Origin: Azolla caroliniana
Taxonomy: Eukaryota > Plantae > Polypodiophyta
Length of the DNA stretch: 64,000 nucleotides
Assembly (NCBI GenBank): GCA_043228905.1
Contig: JBHGNT010000005.1
Location: 3,472,001-3,536,000 of the forward strand
Direction: 5' to 3'
This document shows positions 26,501-44,600 of this stretch, piece after piece; the stretch's first letter is position 1; each line of letters opens with the position of its first letter. The translations under genes and the position numbers were made by a program. The notes below the pieces were generated by a model that did not search any database, was not told the DNA's origin, and saw only the letters and a list, made by a program, of their open reading frames with translations.

Positions 26501-29298
26501 CTGATATTAGCGGGAATTCATTGAATAGAAATCTTCAGCAGCATTCTGGTGTAATCACCACTCAGAGAATTGCTGAATCCAACAGGGATCTTGGAGTAGG
26601 ATTGTCATTAGTCGTAGATGGTAAAGATTCTTACTCCAATGCCATGGTTGTACAAGATGCAGTGGATATTCAAGAGAAGCTCAATTCTGTAAAAATGCCT
26701 GAGGGCTTAAAACAGCGGAATCCTTTAATTGAAGGAGGATTAACATTAAATGCAGAAAGTAATGGAAAAGATGCACATTTCAAGGCCATGGTTGTAAAAG
26801 AATGTGCCATTCAAGGTGTGGTGCACATTGGAGAGAAGCTCAATTTGATAAAAATGTCAGAGGGCTCAAAACAGCCAAGTGCTTTAATTGATATGAACAC
26901 TAATTCATTATACCAAAGTCTTCAGCAACATTCTGATGTCCTGATTTCTGAGAGAGTCATTGAATCTGAGGGAAATTTTCGAGTAGAATCAATATCAAAT
27001 ATAGGAAGTACAGTGAAAGACACTCATTCCATTGACAATGTTGGCAAAGATAGTGACAGACGAGATACGCTGGATATCATGGAGAAGTTCAATTTGGTAA
27101 AAATACTTGAGAACTCAGAACTGGCAAGTTCTTTAATTGATATAAGCACAGATTCATCAAACCAAACTAGTCAGAAACACTCTGGTGTTGTCTGTACTGG
27201 GAGAGTCATCAAATCTGAGGGAGATCTTGAAGCAGTAGGATCAGGACGAAATGTAGAAACTAATGGAAAAGATCCTCATTCCAGTGCCATAGCTGCAAAA
27301 GAATGTGACAGACAAGGTGCTGTGGATATTGAAGAGAACCTCAATTTGGCAAAATTGTTTAAGTGTTCAGAACCAATTCTTTCAACTGATATGAGCATTG
27401 ATTCATTCAGCCAGAGTCTTCAGCAACATTCTGATATTCCCATAACTGAGATTGATATTGAATCCGGGCAAAATCTTGGAATAGGATCAACATTAATTTT
27501 AGAACGTATTGCAAAAGGCACTCATTTCTCTGACGTTTTTGTCAAAGAAAGCAACATAAAAAATGAAGTGGATTTAGAAGGGCAGCTCAATTCAGCAGAA
27601 ATGCTTGAGACGTCAGAACTGCCAAGTCATTTAGCTAAGATGAGCATGTGTTCATTAGATCAAAGCATTCAGGATCATTCTGATGTTCATATTACCGAGA
27701 GAGTCAATGAATCCGTGGGGAATCTTGAAGGAGCGGGATCAACATTGATTGTCAAAAGTACTGCAACAAACAGTCATTCCAGTGACATGGTCATCAAAGA
27801 AAGTGATGTACATGATGTGCTGGATATTGAAGAGAAGTGCAATTTGGTAAAACCGCTTGAAAGCTCAAAGCTACCAAGTCATCTAACCAATATGAGCACA
27901 GATTCATTGAACCAAAGTCTTCAGCAACATTCTGATGTCATAATTACTGAGAGAGTTACTGAATCCAAGGGAAGTCTGGAAGGAGTAGGATCCACATTAA
28001 TTATAGAAGGTAATGGAAAACGTACATTTTCCAATCCTATGGTTGTAAAAGAATGTGATATGCTATCAGCAGAGGATATTGAAGAGAAGCTCAATTCAGT
28101 AAAGATGGTCTCGGCTTCTTCTACTGTTACTAGTAGCGCAATTGAGAAAAGCGTTAAGATATCCAAGGATACAAAGATAGATAATATTCCTTCCGAATTT
28201 GGGGCAGTAATAAGTACACCAGTGTTTGAAGAGACAGAAGTCACCAACCTTGAGAGAAGTTCTGAGCATAAAGGAATGCCAAAAGAGGATGCAACTGTGG
28301 AACCTGACAACATCATAACTCCAAATGGAGATCGAGGGGCCGAACCTGAAAAGAACATAGCAGGAAAAATTGACCCTTATTCGAGTGATATAAACCATCT
28401 GAACATTACCCCAATCGATGGCAACAAAACCAGAGTATCAAAGACTCTATTGACAGAACAAAAACTGGGATTGAAAGCAGCCTCAACTAGGAGATCTTAC
28501 ACTATTGAGACTGAGGCACATGAAGACGCTCCAGATATGTTAGAAACATGTGCTGGAGTAGTTTGTATTCAGGAATTCCAGTCACTTAGTGATACACCAA
28601 CAAGATTTGGACAAGGTATGTTTCATGGCATGCATTTTCAACGGGCCTTTTGGTTTTGAGCATTGGATAGCGTGGAGGTTAAGAATCATTGCTTCCCTTT
28701 CTTTATTTCATGCTCCTTTTTAATGTTAATGGTTCAATTTTATTATTTTTGTATTTATAATTCTAAACCCTAAAAAATAAACCTCTTCATCTATTATTTC
28801 TTTGTCTAATGTTAATTCATTCCCAAGAGGCAATGCATCACATTGTGCTATGCAATTGTTGTATTAAAAAGGAACCTTTTGCTTGTATATTTCACAGGAA
28901 AAGCAATGTCAGCAGATAATAGTCCCGATAAACCAATTTATCCTACAGAAAGGTCAAGTTCTTTGAGGGTGACAAGGCAGGTATTTGATACAGAGGATTT
29001 GAAAGCGCCCTCTCCAGAGGCATGGCAAGAGTTGAGTGCTTCAGAAACCGGGAGTGATAGAAAGAATGGAAATTTGAGACTGGAAGAACTAAACCAAAGT
29101 TCTGAGGTTCAGAAAGACTACAAATCTGGGAAATCTCGAACTGCTTTACGAAATCTCATGGCAAAGGAGGGACCTGACAATAATTCTAAACCCTTTATTT
29201 CTCTCAAAGGCTCACTGGATTCTCAGAAGAACATTGGTCCGAAATTAAAACCGAAGTCCTTTTGGGGTCATTGCATTTGCTGCTCTACTGTACATTAG
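23574..29298 (+). CDS. Uncharacterised plant protein: N-terminal C2H2-like finger, long acidic region with ~82-aa tandem repeats, C-terminal Cys cluster (~1590 aa)
   Basis: Phase-compatible exons 23574-23601, 23792-23998, 24491-28615, 28898-29298. N-terminal CNRCGWIYPNPHPSAKHRRNHKKIC, a 4.1-kb open exon, and C-terminal RTALRNLM...SFWGHCICCSTVH*. Confidence 0.88.
25735..28107 (+). repeat. Coding tandem repeat, ~243-252 nt (81-84 aa), nine full units plus one partial
   Basis: A QSLQQHS-like anchor occurs at ~25792, 26035, 26275, 26527, 26914, 27163, 27412, 27661 and 27913. Consensus SLNQSLQQHSDVIITERVxESEGNLExVGSTLxVExxxKDTHFSxMVVKExDxQxxVDIEEKLNLVKxLExS. Confidence 0.93.
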
Positions 29299-30874
29299 AG
29301 TCTATTTCATGATGTGATTGACGTCTGATGTTGTACACTACCAAAATAGAGGATTGTTTCAGCCATTTGTGAGGTGTCATGTATCAAACCCTACCTCAGA
29401 TTAAAGAAAGGACTAATGATAACTTCAGAATTCAGTATGATGACAATAATGAGAACTATCCAATGGATAGTTGCAAGAGGTACCTTTGGAGCTTCACATT
29501 CAGCTGGAGGTTAGGTGGTTACCGGCAACCCGAGTGCAATGCCAAATAAGAGTGTTTCTTACATCACATAAAAAAGTGTGATAATTTTAATTAAAGGTAA
29601 ACATGCATCCTCTAGGTATTATACCATGACGATGATGCTATGGCAAAACTACATTATCAATCCTTATTTTTGTGACTCTGCAACCTTTTAATCTAGCATG
29701 CATAGTATATAACATAAAATCAGTAAAATGTCTGCTATCGGAAACCTTCCATTATGCCAAAGAGTTAAAAAATGACTTGAAATTGCTCCTAGGGGTTTCA
29801 TCATGTCTTGTAAATTATAAAGTTTTATTACCCCCTCCTTATTACTTGATTCTAAACATGTATGGTGTTTCACCTGGCAATATAGATCTACTTCAACAGA
29901 ACATTCAGATTACCAGCTGAGTGCGAAAGGATGTGTTTGGCACTTCAAATTTGTATGTACTTGTACCATTAATGCAGAACTTCTTGAAATAACATGAGTA
30001 AGGAACCTCCCGCCTTATCCTAAAAGATAAATTAGATGCACAAAGGTGTATGCCTGCCATGGAAAACAATAAAAGCATGGTACAAAAATGATAGCAAATG
30101 GTATCTCAGACATCCAAGTTTTGACTCAATCTTAAAACAATGATACCTTGATCTTCCAACTACTCAACTGAAGCCTCAAATAATTGGTCTTCCAAGCAAA
30201 AGCCCAGAAATGCAAATTATTAATTTTTGTTCTTAAACTTGTTGAGAAGTTTGCTCATTAAGTTATTAGATTTTGAATCCTACAGAAGCATCTGGATATT
30301 ACATGTCTGTATGCATGAAATGTGTGTGCAATTAGGGGAGCATCACGAACCTTAAACATTAAATTTAATCAGAATTCATACATATTTCATTGCAGTATCC
30401 CCAATTGCATGAAATGTGTAATAGCGCTAGCGGTATTTGTATCAAATTGAGGCTTCACGTGAGAGTCAAGAAAGAGTGCAGATGTATATTACTACATACA
30501 AGAGTTGATTTCACTTAATAGAGGTATAAAAAATCTAGCTTTTGAAAAAAAACATCTGTTGCACTTGCTTATAGCATGTGATGTAGAAGAGATTTTCATC
30601 AATGTGTACTGCACATTCCTTTTGCAAGAGTCTGAACTGTACAAATTCAAAAACAAATGGAGCAATGTGCATCTCATTATATTCCACAATTTCACGGCAC
30701 TCCCAAGCCATGGGACCAGCAAAAGGCTATCAAACAAGGCTTTCTTCATGTTATGAAGGCCTCTATCTATTAAGGTTAATAAAAGAAAGATCTGTGATGT
30801 GTTTGTAAAATGGGGAAGGAGAAGGCTTATGGTTCCTTCAGATGAACCTCGGAATTTGAATATAGGTAAATGTC

Positions 30875-35985
<5,111 letters not shown>

Positions 35986-37729
35986 AGAGATCTGAGTTTT
36001 GTAGGTCGTTCTAAAGTAAATTCATGGAAATTTTCATACAATCCACAGGGAGCTCGTCGGCATGGATCAAGAGATCTAGGAGTTTGCAGAGATCCACGAC
36101 CGAGAATTCATGTACGCTTCAGGTAATCAATCCCTTATGGGGGGGGATTATCAGAGTATACCGAAGGTAAGAGAAGAGAAGGGAAGACCAGAGCTCGGTG
36201 GCGATGGCGATGGCGAGCAGAGAGCAGAGAAGCTTGGGCGTCACCGTCAGTCAAATATAAGCGGAAGGGCACGGCATACTAACGTCTCCCGTCTGTCCGC
36301 TTAGTAAGTAACCCTGGTTAAGCCTAACTCTCCATCCTCGCACTAACTCTTAACCGGGGTTTAAATACCACCATCACCCCTCCCTCTCGAGTAGTAACTC
36401 TCCTGAGTTTGAGAATAGGAGCATCAATGGGTTGCTCAAACAACTCGTCCACATTTCAACTCTAAAGCTACACATGCACAACTAGAGATAAAATTTCATG
36501 TTGGTTCATTTTCCAAGGTCTAGGATAGATCGGCCTCAACATGCTCTGCCAAGGATAGCAAATGTAGTATAATTTCATTTGAGTGAACCCAAGTGTTCCC
36601 ACAACGCCTACCAGGAAATAATGGGGTGCACCTAACCAAATGCTAACAACCAATAGCTTTTCTCCATATTGTTAGCCATGTTCTTGATATTGAAATTAGA
36701 GTGTGGGGGGGCCCAAATAAAAGTAGACCACATCAGCACACTTTTACCTAGTCAATGGCTTCAGGACAAGGAGCATTGACACCATAAAAGTCAAGCACTC
36801 ACCACTACTTCCTACCATTGATTAGACAATACATACAATTGTTTAAGTTGGATAACATACACGTTCAACGCATATGCATATATATATATATAAGAAAAAT
36901 GAATGAGCCATAGGCTTCTCCATTGTAGCACACAAACCTCTTGAGGACACTATTATATGGATACACACTTGTCAAGTAATCTTAGATTACTCTTCGGCAA
37001 TTTGGAGAAAGAGATACTTTAGGGAATTCCTTTTGTATAAATTGATTATGTGAGATTGTTTTTATTTCATAGCGTCATTGTTGAGTAAGATTTCATAAAG
37101 TTGACTTGAACAACATAAAGAAAAAGTGTGACCAATCTTCAAGGATTTACATTTCATTGCTTTATATTCCAACTAATGCAAGTTTACCCATTGTCCAAGC
37201 GATAAGGATCTCTCAAAAAACATAAATTAATAGTTATCCTTGTCTATCCAATCAATGAAACAAATATGTGGGGCATGGGCAAACTCACAAGGTTCAGTGG
37301 TTCTAGTATTTTCCTTATACAATACATGTTTTAGGGCAACCCAAGTATGGCCTATTCCCTCGATACGTAAAAGACACAATGGCATAACATGACAATTAAC
37401 AAAATCAAAGGCACAATGAAATAATGCACATATTCAATCCTTAATGCTAAAGAAGGAGATTTTACTATTTACAATTAGTGGAGCAAAATCATGTAGAATA
37501 GACCTCCACTTGCACTCTAGAAATATTTGCTCTAGATGCACAACTTCAAATAGACCAAATGAAACAAATCTCTCTCTTTCAGTATTCCTCCAACCCCTTT
37601 GTTCCTTTATACTCGGGTTTCAAGGCTTCACACTAGGCCCACCCAATTGGCCTTTCTCTCAAGTGTGCCTTAATTAGATAAATCTCCTACTAAAAACCAA
37701 TGCATGCTTGAGAGTTCGTTTTTTTTGTG

Positions 37730-38600
37730 ATGTTACTTAGATATAGGGTGATGTAGGAACCAACAACTCCATCTCAAACTTGATTAATATGTATTGTGAG
37801 CCATGATCTATGATTTGCTATTTTGTGTTAGCATGCGCCGATCAACAATCATTGATCATACTTCATCCCATTGTTGGTAATTAACAACATGGTAACCATT
37901 ATCAATTCGGTCAAGATTTCTCACACATTTTGTACTAAATTGATCATATTCTATTTTTCGTTATAGAGGTTAAGCTTATGGTATGTCAATCCCATATTAA
38001 CAACCAAGCAATAAAGCCACAATGCGTCCTTGCACACTTTGTTAGTCAAAATGTACTCTATATTTGTTATCAAAATAGTTTGCACTCTTAGTGTCTCTAT
38101 CTCTACCACTCACTTCGTGAAATTGAAGCCATTTGTTGATGTTAACTTTCCAATAGCCACATAGCAGGCATAGTTTGACTTTGAATACATGATTATCATC
38201 GTTTCACCTACTCCAAAGCTCAAGTCTTAGTTCCATACACCTCTCACGTACCACATGATGTCTTTCACCACTCCCCAATTAATCTTGTCAAGATTTTGCA
38301 TGAATCTATTGACCATTCCCACCACGTATGTCATGTTCACCCCGGTGCCTCCCATGGCATACATAAAGGTATTGACAATGAATGCATTAGTGAACCATAT
38401 TGTTTTATCCATGACGAGGGAAGAAGAAACATATATGTATATCTTTTTGGTTATTATGTATTCCATAGGTAAAGATTAAGTGACAACAATATTTGAATCT
38501 CGAAACCTATCATGTGTCCACATTCGTGTCAAAAGGTACCCAATGATGGACTTATACTCTATTTTATGTTAGGTGTCTCTTTGAGAGTGGCCAACAAGCT
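37730..38600 (-). mobile_element. Decayed Ty1/Copia RT-RNaseH remnant
   Basis: FMYAMGGTGVNMTYVVGMVNRFMQNLDKINWGVVKDIMWYVRG matches the Copia RT C-terminal pattern (MYAMxCTRPDIAYAVGVVSRFMxNPGxxHWxAVKxIxRYLKG). Boundaries approximate. Confidence 0.7.
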
Positions 38601-38899
38601 ATGCTAGGTGTCTCTTTGATACATTGGATTTGCTTTTCTAAGTCAATGATAGTTGTTTTCTTTGATAACATGTGTGTCTTTCCAAATTAAGTACATTTAA
38701 ACTTCCAAACAACTTTGATCAAACAACTTTGATGTGTAAGGTTGACCTTGACACAATGTTCTCTACCCTTTTATCTACATGTTTTGCCTTCAAAAAATAG
38801 CTCTATTGTCTCACATTATCCGTTGAGGTTGTTTTTCGGACGAATTTATTAAAGGTTGGTAAGATTGCATATATGTTATGAGAATTTATTGTACTATTG

Positions 38900-39450
38900 C
38901 TAATTATACATGTATTGGCCATCTGATGTCATGCAATAGCCATTTCCCCTTTATATTGATCTATGATGTTCCATCCCAATGGATAGCGCAAGTGCCTAAT
39001 CGTATTATCTAGATTAATGATTAATCTTCTCCATGGCTAGGGGTGCCGAGAACACACATTACAAGGCATGAACTTACATTTTGGTTTTTCACTATTAAAC
39101 TTATAACAATATAATTTGTATAATTGTACAACATCCATGATAATGCGCATATTTTGTGGATCATTACAAGAGATAATGAAAGTATCATTGGCATAGGCTA
39201 ATATAGAGAAATGTTCATGGGTGGACATAAGTAACCGTCCAAAAAGTCCAATCCAATTTATTCATGCATAGAAGAAGATGGATTTGTGGTAATGGCATAT
39301 ATGATGGCGCGTAGTGAACGATATTGTCTTATTGATTTGAATGATGTCCAAGAGTTACTTGAATACCCATCAAGAATACACGACGTTGAGGTTTCTTTGT
39401 ATAACCAATAGATAACCTTGGACATTTTCGGTCAAATTCCAATCTCAACA
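38900..39450 (-). mobile_element. Decayed LINE reverse-transcriptase remnant
   Basis: KSIRQYRSLRAIIYAITT (compare SIRQGCPLAPLLYAI), ILAYANDTFI (compare YADDT) and IRHLRYPLG (compare HLGYP) appear in the expected order. Confidence 0.6.
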
Positions 39451-40282
39451 TTGTTGACTCTATAAATCGCCATTACTATTGAGCTTCCACGAGGCATGGT
39501 AATTAACTAGTTAGGTCAAAGCTAGAGAGAGATGTAGCTCTAGTTCACGAGGCATGAGCATTTACCATTGAGGTCAAATCTAGAGAGATAAAGGGAGAGG
39601 TAGCTTAGGCCAACCCACTATTTGCCTCTCTACAGATGTAGCTTAGTTGAGTTGCAAATTTTGCATCCTTAATAAGGTACCTCTACTTAACCACATTCAA
39701 AAAAGACTTGTAACACTTGCACATTAATATGTCACTAGAATCATGTTCTTAATGGTGCCACTCCCTCTATAGAGGCTCCAGAGGGAATTTATGGGTTAGT
39801 TAGGGTGGCTTCCTTAACAAACAAGCGACCTCTACCCGACCAAAGCTCCAACGGTAGTTAGCTAGTCATGCCTCTCTAGTTCGAGCTTATGGGTGAATTG
39901 GATTGTGGAAATGTTTGCATCCTTAATGATGCTCGCGGTCCATCCTCTACCGTTTTTGTTCCACTATCATACCTTGTTAGCAATGCCATGTTCTGAATCC
40001 ACATATTGCTTTCACGTGTAAATAGTTAGTTTGCTATACAAAGGATTCTATTTCCCAGTGTTAGCAAAATTCTTATGCTAGTACCTTGTGAACTGCAATA
40101 TTTATGTATAAATTCTACTCGTGGCTATATGGTACCCTACAAATACAGGTTGAACTTGGATGTCGCAAAGAGAGGGGATCGAGTTACTTCGTGTATCTAT
40201 AGATATTACAGATGGCTCTGAAAATTTCTCTATTCTTACTTGATGTATATGGTCCTCATAATGGGAGAAAAAGCTTCTATGA

Positions 40283-40560
40283 CTGATCAGTCAGAATTAT
40301 ATAGTGGCTATGTTATTTTCACATATTATGTATACAACTCTTGCTATCAAGCTTATGGACATGGATTTCGGAGGAATTTTGAACTGAAGATTGGCGATTA
40401 AACTGGCTCTTCACAACTATATTCGTACTTAATGTATATACATAGCCTTGATCAGTCAGAATATAGGGTTTCTCGCATATATTATTGTGGCTAAGTTTTT
40501 TTTCACATATCATGTATAAAACTGTTGCTATTAAGATTATAGCCATGGATTTCACCGGAG
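40283..40560. repeat. Diverged ~100-bp direct duplication
   Basis: tgatcagtcagaat...gtggcta...ttcacatat..tgtata.aact.ttgcta...catggatttc occurs at ~40284 and ~40449. Confidence 0.6.
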
Positions 40561-40838
40561 ATAGGAATGAAGAGTGGCAAAAAACCTCATCCTACCCGGC
40601 GTGGAATTAATTTGCGCTTCTTTCGTGAATAATATCATGACTTACACCGGAAATATTTGGCTCTTCAAGGAGACCAGATTGGGTAGCCTGTGCACAATGT
40701 ATGAAAATAAATAAGAGTTATGAAAACACTTTTGATCGTCATCTATCCTCAGAAACATTCAGTTTGTTTTCAATGGTATTCGACTATAAGGCGACCTTCA
40801 TAATATTTGCCATGGCCAAAAGGAAGACCGAATTATAA

Positions 40839-43768
40839 TTATGGACAATATATTATCGTTCTCACCTTATATTTGTAAGGGTCCTTTCTACCGCCTGCTC
40901 CAACCCTTCCAAGTTTTCGTTGATTTAGTAATCTGTAGAACCAATGAGGGTTTTCAAAATCAATTCTTATCATAAGAACTAATTTGATTGAATCTTGATT
41001 AAGGATTTCTCCGGTTGTCCCTCAATGTCTTCTGAGTAATTGAAATTATAGTGAAAGTAGAACAACCTAGTTTCCATCAAATATACTGGACTAGTGCAAA
41101 CATAACGAGAACTATAGAGATTTAAATATATATGCTGATCTTGAAAAGTAACTATGAATTCAGATTTATAATGTATATAGTCTGAGTATGCACTTACAAT
41201 CGCAGTGCTTTGCTGGTATCTGGATTGTTTCCTAAGGATTGCCGTATAACTTTTTCATGAATTACTTCTTTCCCAACGAAGTCTAAGACGCGTTTTGCAC
41301 AACGTTGGATTCTTGTTTCTTTTTGTCGCCGAGAATATAACCTCTGTTTAATAATCTTCTTCTTCTTCTGGAACGAGTTAATGGAGAAGGAGGAAGAGGA
41401 CTTATCTTTCTTTTTCTTCTTCTTGATTAGCATAGATCTTAGGCGTGGCAAATTGGTTTGTATTACATTACAGCTACTCGTGGAAGGGGCTAGTGCTGAG
41501 ACCTCTTGATCAAGCTTTCTGATATAATTCGGTTGTACTTTGCTGCATAATTCGGCTTGCCATTCCTGACCATCTCTCACAATAACATTCGATCTGATAA
41601 AATCATCATTAATAGTATTGACGTAGTTAATCTTGCTACAACGCTGGCCTGCAGAGATTGCTATTTCTGCCATAGCTGTAGTGGGAATATGTTGCCTTCG
41701 TTTCCTTGGAGTTCGTCTTCTTTTGGACATTGTATTTGTTAGCTGTTTAGGACAATTTCGGCATTAAAAAACAATGATAAGTTCATCGCTTTCCGACATC
41801 TTTATTTTAATATCTTAAACCTCATTAAAACTTCAGTATCACTTTAATTTATCGACTAGAAATTTACTTAAGATCAGGTTTGTTTCTTTCCCAAATGAAA
41901 TGGTATTTAGATTGTAAGCTAAATAAAGGTTTATTATGAGGTTCAACGCGAAAGGGAATGGAAATCAGAAAGGGATCAAGTTATGCAAATTACAACACAG
42001 CAACATATCCGCACTGTACATTTTGGGGACTTTATGGCATCCGAATCGTTTCAAGGGACAACGCATCAGAAAATCAGAAAAGGATCAAATTATAGAAGTA
42101 ACACAGTGCCATCGGCTTAAATAATATGCGACTTAATCATCAGTATACTTTCATGGGGTAGAAGCCTGGGAAAAAAGGGAAAAGAAAATTATGAATAGAT
42201 CAAGTTATGCCATATATATTATATTACCTCACAAGCAATCAAAGCCAGTTGATCGAGTTTGGTAGTTGACGATGATATTCTAGTTCTGAGCATCATGTCA
42301 ACTCTTGAGATTGAGACAGCTCCATCTTTGTAAAAGCTTCCGTCCTTGGCCGATGCAACATCAGATGTAACACCAGAAATAGTTTCATTAACATCTTGTA
42401 GAATTGATCCGCTAGAATCAATACTTCTGCCCTTGGACAGCATATTACTATATGATCTGACAATGGCAGATCGTTTCTTCTTGCTGAAGCAGGAGACATT
42501 GCTGGTAGACCTTTCCTTATTGATGGATCTTTCCTCCTGAATGCCGATGGGGAACTTGGAAGAATTTCTGCTTCGACGCTTTGATCTTGTTCTCTTAAGT
42601 CCTCTGCAGACACCGCGAGTAAAAGAAATCCTCTTTTAGATCATTTCTATATATAGATACATTGATATCTTTTCCAGACAATGAGCTATATCATATTGAA
42701 TTAGCGATCCACGCTCACAGAGATTGAGAGACGTTGCACGTTAACGGTATACTTCCATAGCCTCAGCAGGAGCTCATTAATCTATCCATAAGTTAACTCC
42801 ATTTATACGTCCTTTATTCCTAATGAACTTTCTATGAATCTGGCCTCATCAAAACTGTGTTAGTACCTCCTCTTACACACCCCTAAAGATAGTTCTTTTT
42901 GCCTCATCAGAATATTATCAGGGTACCAAATGCAGCTAGAATTGAATCCAACTTGTTAACTTACACAGACAACGTAATTTTAATCAAATCAATATATTAG
43001 TCACGTTCTCAAGTCAAGTATGACTTGTAATTTCTATCTAACCAGAGGAGATCAAAGAACGTATATTTATTTGCCCTTGGCTAAATTCTGATATATTTGA
43101 ACATGATCGATAAAGGGGACTGACTATGAGAGCCATTATAATAGCATTACCGCCACCCCACAGAGAAGCATGAGCTGAGATCGATTCCATCATCATCAAT
43201 AAGCTGGGAAGATTTGATTGCATTATCTTTAGGATACTTCTTTGCAAGAGAACTCGATATATCACTATCAAGTTCCTGGCCACTGAGCATGGAAGAAACT
43301 TCTTGGTCGTACTTAATGGCAGACCTATCATAATTAGCAGCATCCGAGGCGGAGGTTGAATCATCAAAATCTGAATGAGCCTGTTGGATATTTATGCATG
43401 CGTTCAGCAATGAATTAAATTGAGCATATTCCGGTGTAGAATCGCGTAAGAATGCTGTAAAGGGATCATCTTTGTCTGCAGAAATGGGTGGGGTCGACGG
43501 AAAATTCCTTGCACATGAAGAGATAGAGGTCTCCATAGGTAAGGCGGGATCTGATATGTTATTGATGTGAGAATGGGAAGAGACGTGATATTCCAACAAA
43601 GGAGGGGTCTTGATAACCATAGGTGGAGGGGCATGAGCTGCTGAAGTTGCTGGAGATGGCGATGGCGATGGCGATGGAGTATTGTTTCCGCAAAGGGGGA
43701 AGAAGGATTTATCAAGGAAAGGGAGCTGGAGGAGGAGGCTGGACTGAACCAGAGGTTCAGAAGGCATG
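40839..43768 (-). CDS. Uncharacterised plant protein with a basic/Ser-rich region and a C-terminal putative helix-turn-helix domain
   Basis: Exons ~43768-43151, ~42630-42228 (acceptor uncertain), 41742-41198 and 40932-40839. The last two splice in frame to give RIQRCAKRVLDFV...EKVIRQSLGNNPDTSKALRLLLNQRKLGRVGAGGRKDPYKYK, a motif I recognise from uncharacterised plant proteins. NLS-like KKKKKK and KRRRTPRKRR are present. Confidence 0.72.
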
Positions 43769-43849
43769 GCGATGGCGAGAGAATTAGGGTTTAACAAGAA
43801 GCACTAACAGACGACGAGGAAGATCGAATGGGTTTTTTGGTTCTTTAAG

Positions 43850-43897
<48 letters not shown>
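43850..43897. repeat. (CT)n microsatellite in the leader of the HTH-like gene
   Basis: Direct reading of the sequence. Confidence 0.85.
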
Positions 43898-44127
43898 TTC
43901 CCTTTCTAAAATATTTAAACACCACCGTTGGATTAGGGCCTGTATCCAACGGCGCACATCTCTCTCCTCTTCATCGTGATTCGTTGGCTACATACACTAC
44001 TTTGCTATGTACCATTGTCCGAAATCTTATTAAAAATATAATTGAGGAGAGGGGGGCGGAGATTCACGCTCTCGAGTCTCAACTCTTTCTTTGTCACCTT
44101 ATTTATGATATAAGGTTATGGGGTCAT

Positions 44128-44600
44128 CATATCATATTGTATCATGGAGTAAACTTACATGAATTTGTCAAGTAACCCGAGACATGTGTCAAATTCCACT
44201 CTTTGTTTATCAAATTATTGTTTCGGTATTGTATCAAACTTTGTTGATCAAACTATCATATTGTATCATGGAGTAACTTACATGAATTTGTCAAGTTACC
44301 CGAGACATATGTCAAATTTCCACTCTTGTTTCGATATTGTATCAAACTTTGTTGATCAAACAATCATGTTGTATCACGGAGTAACTCGCATGAATTTGTC
44401 GAGTTACCCGATACATGTGTCGAATTCCACTCTTTGTTGATCAAACTATTGTTTCGAATCAAATCGATATTGTATAAAACTTGTTGATCAAACTATCATA
44501 TTGTATCATGGTTCATGTTACATGAATTTGTCAAGTTACCTTAGAGTCGAGACATATGTCAAATTCCAATCTTTGTTGATAAAACTATTGTTTCGGTATT
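44128..44600. repeat. Intergenic tandem repeat, ~110-130-bp unit, 4 copies
   Basis: tcatattgtatcatggagtaacttacatgaatttgtcaagttacccgagacatgtgtcaaattccactctttgttgatcaaactattgtttcg...aaactttgttgatcaaac repeats at ~44132, 44256, 44364 and 44496. Confidence 0.9.

Noticed and set aside
24609-28398. Antisense ORFs within the large repeat exon (and similar ones over the LINE at 15141-16887)
   Set aside because: Shadow ORFs of real coding sequence with no independent motifs.
44128-44600. CRISPR-like array
   Set aside because: The whole unit repeats with no unique spacers, there are no cas genes, and the context is eukaryotic nuclear DNA.
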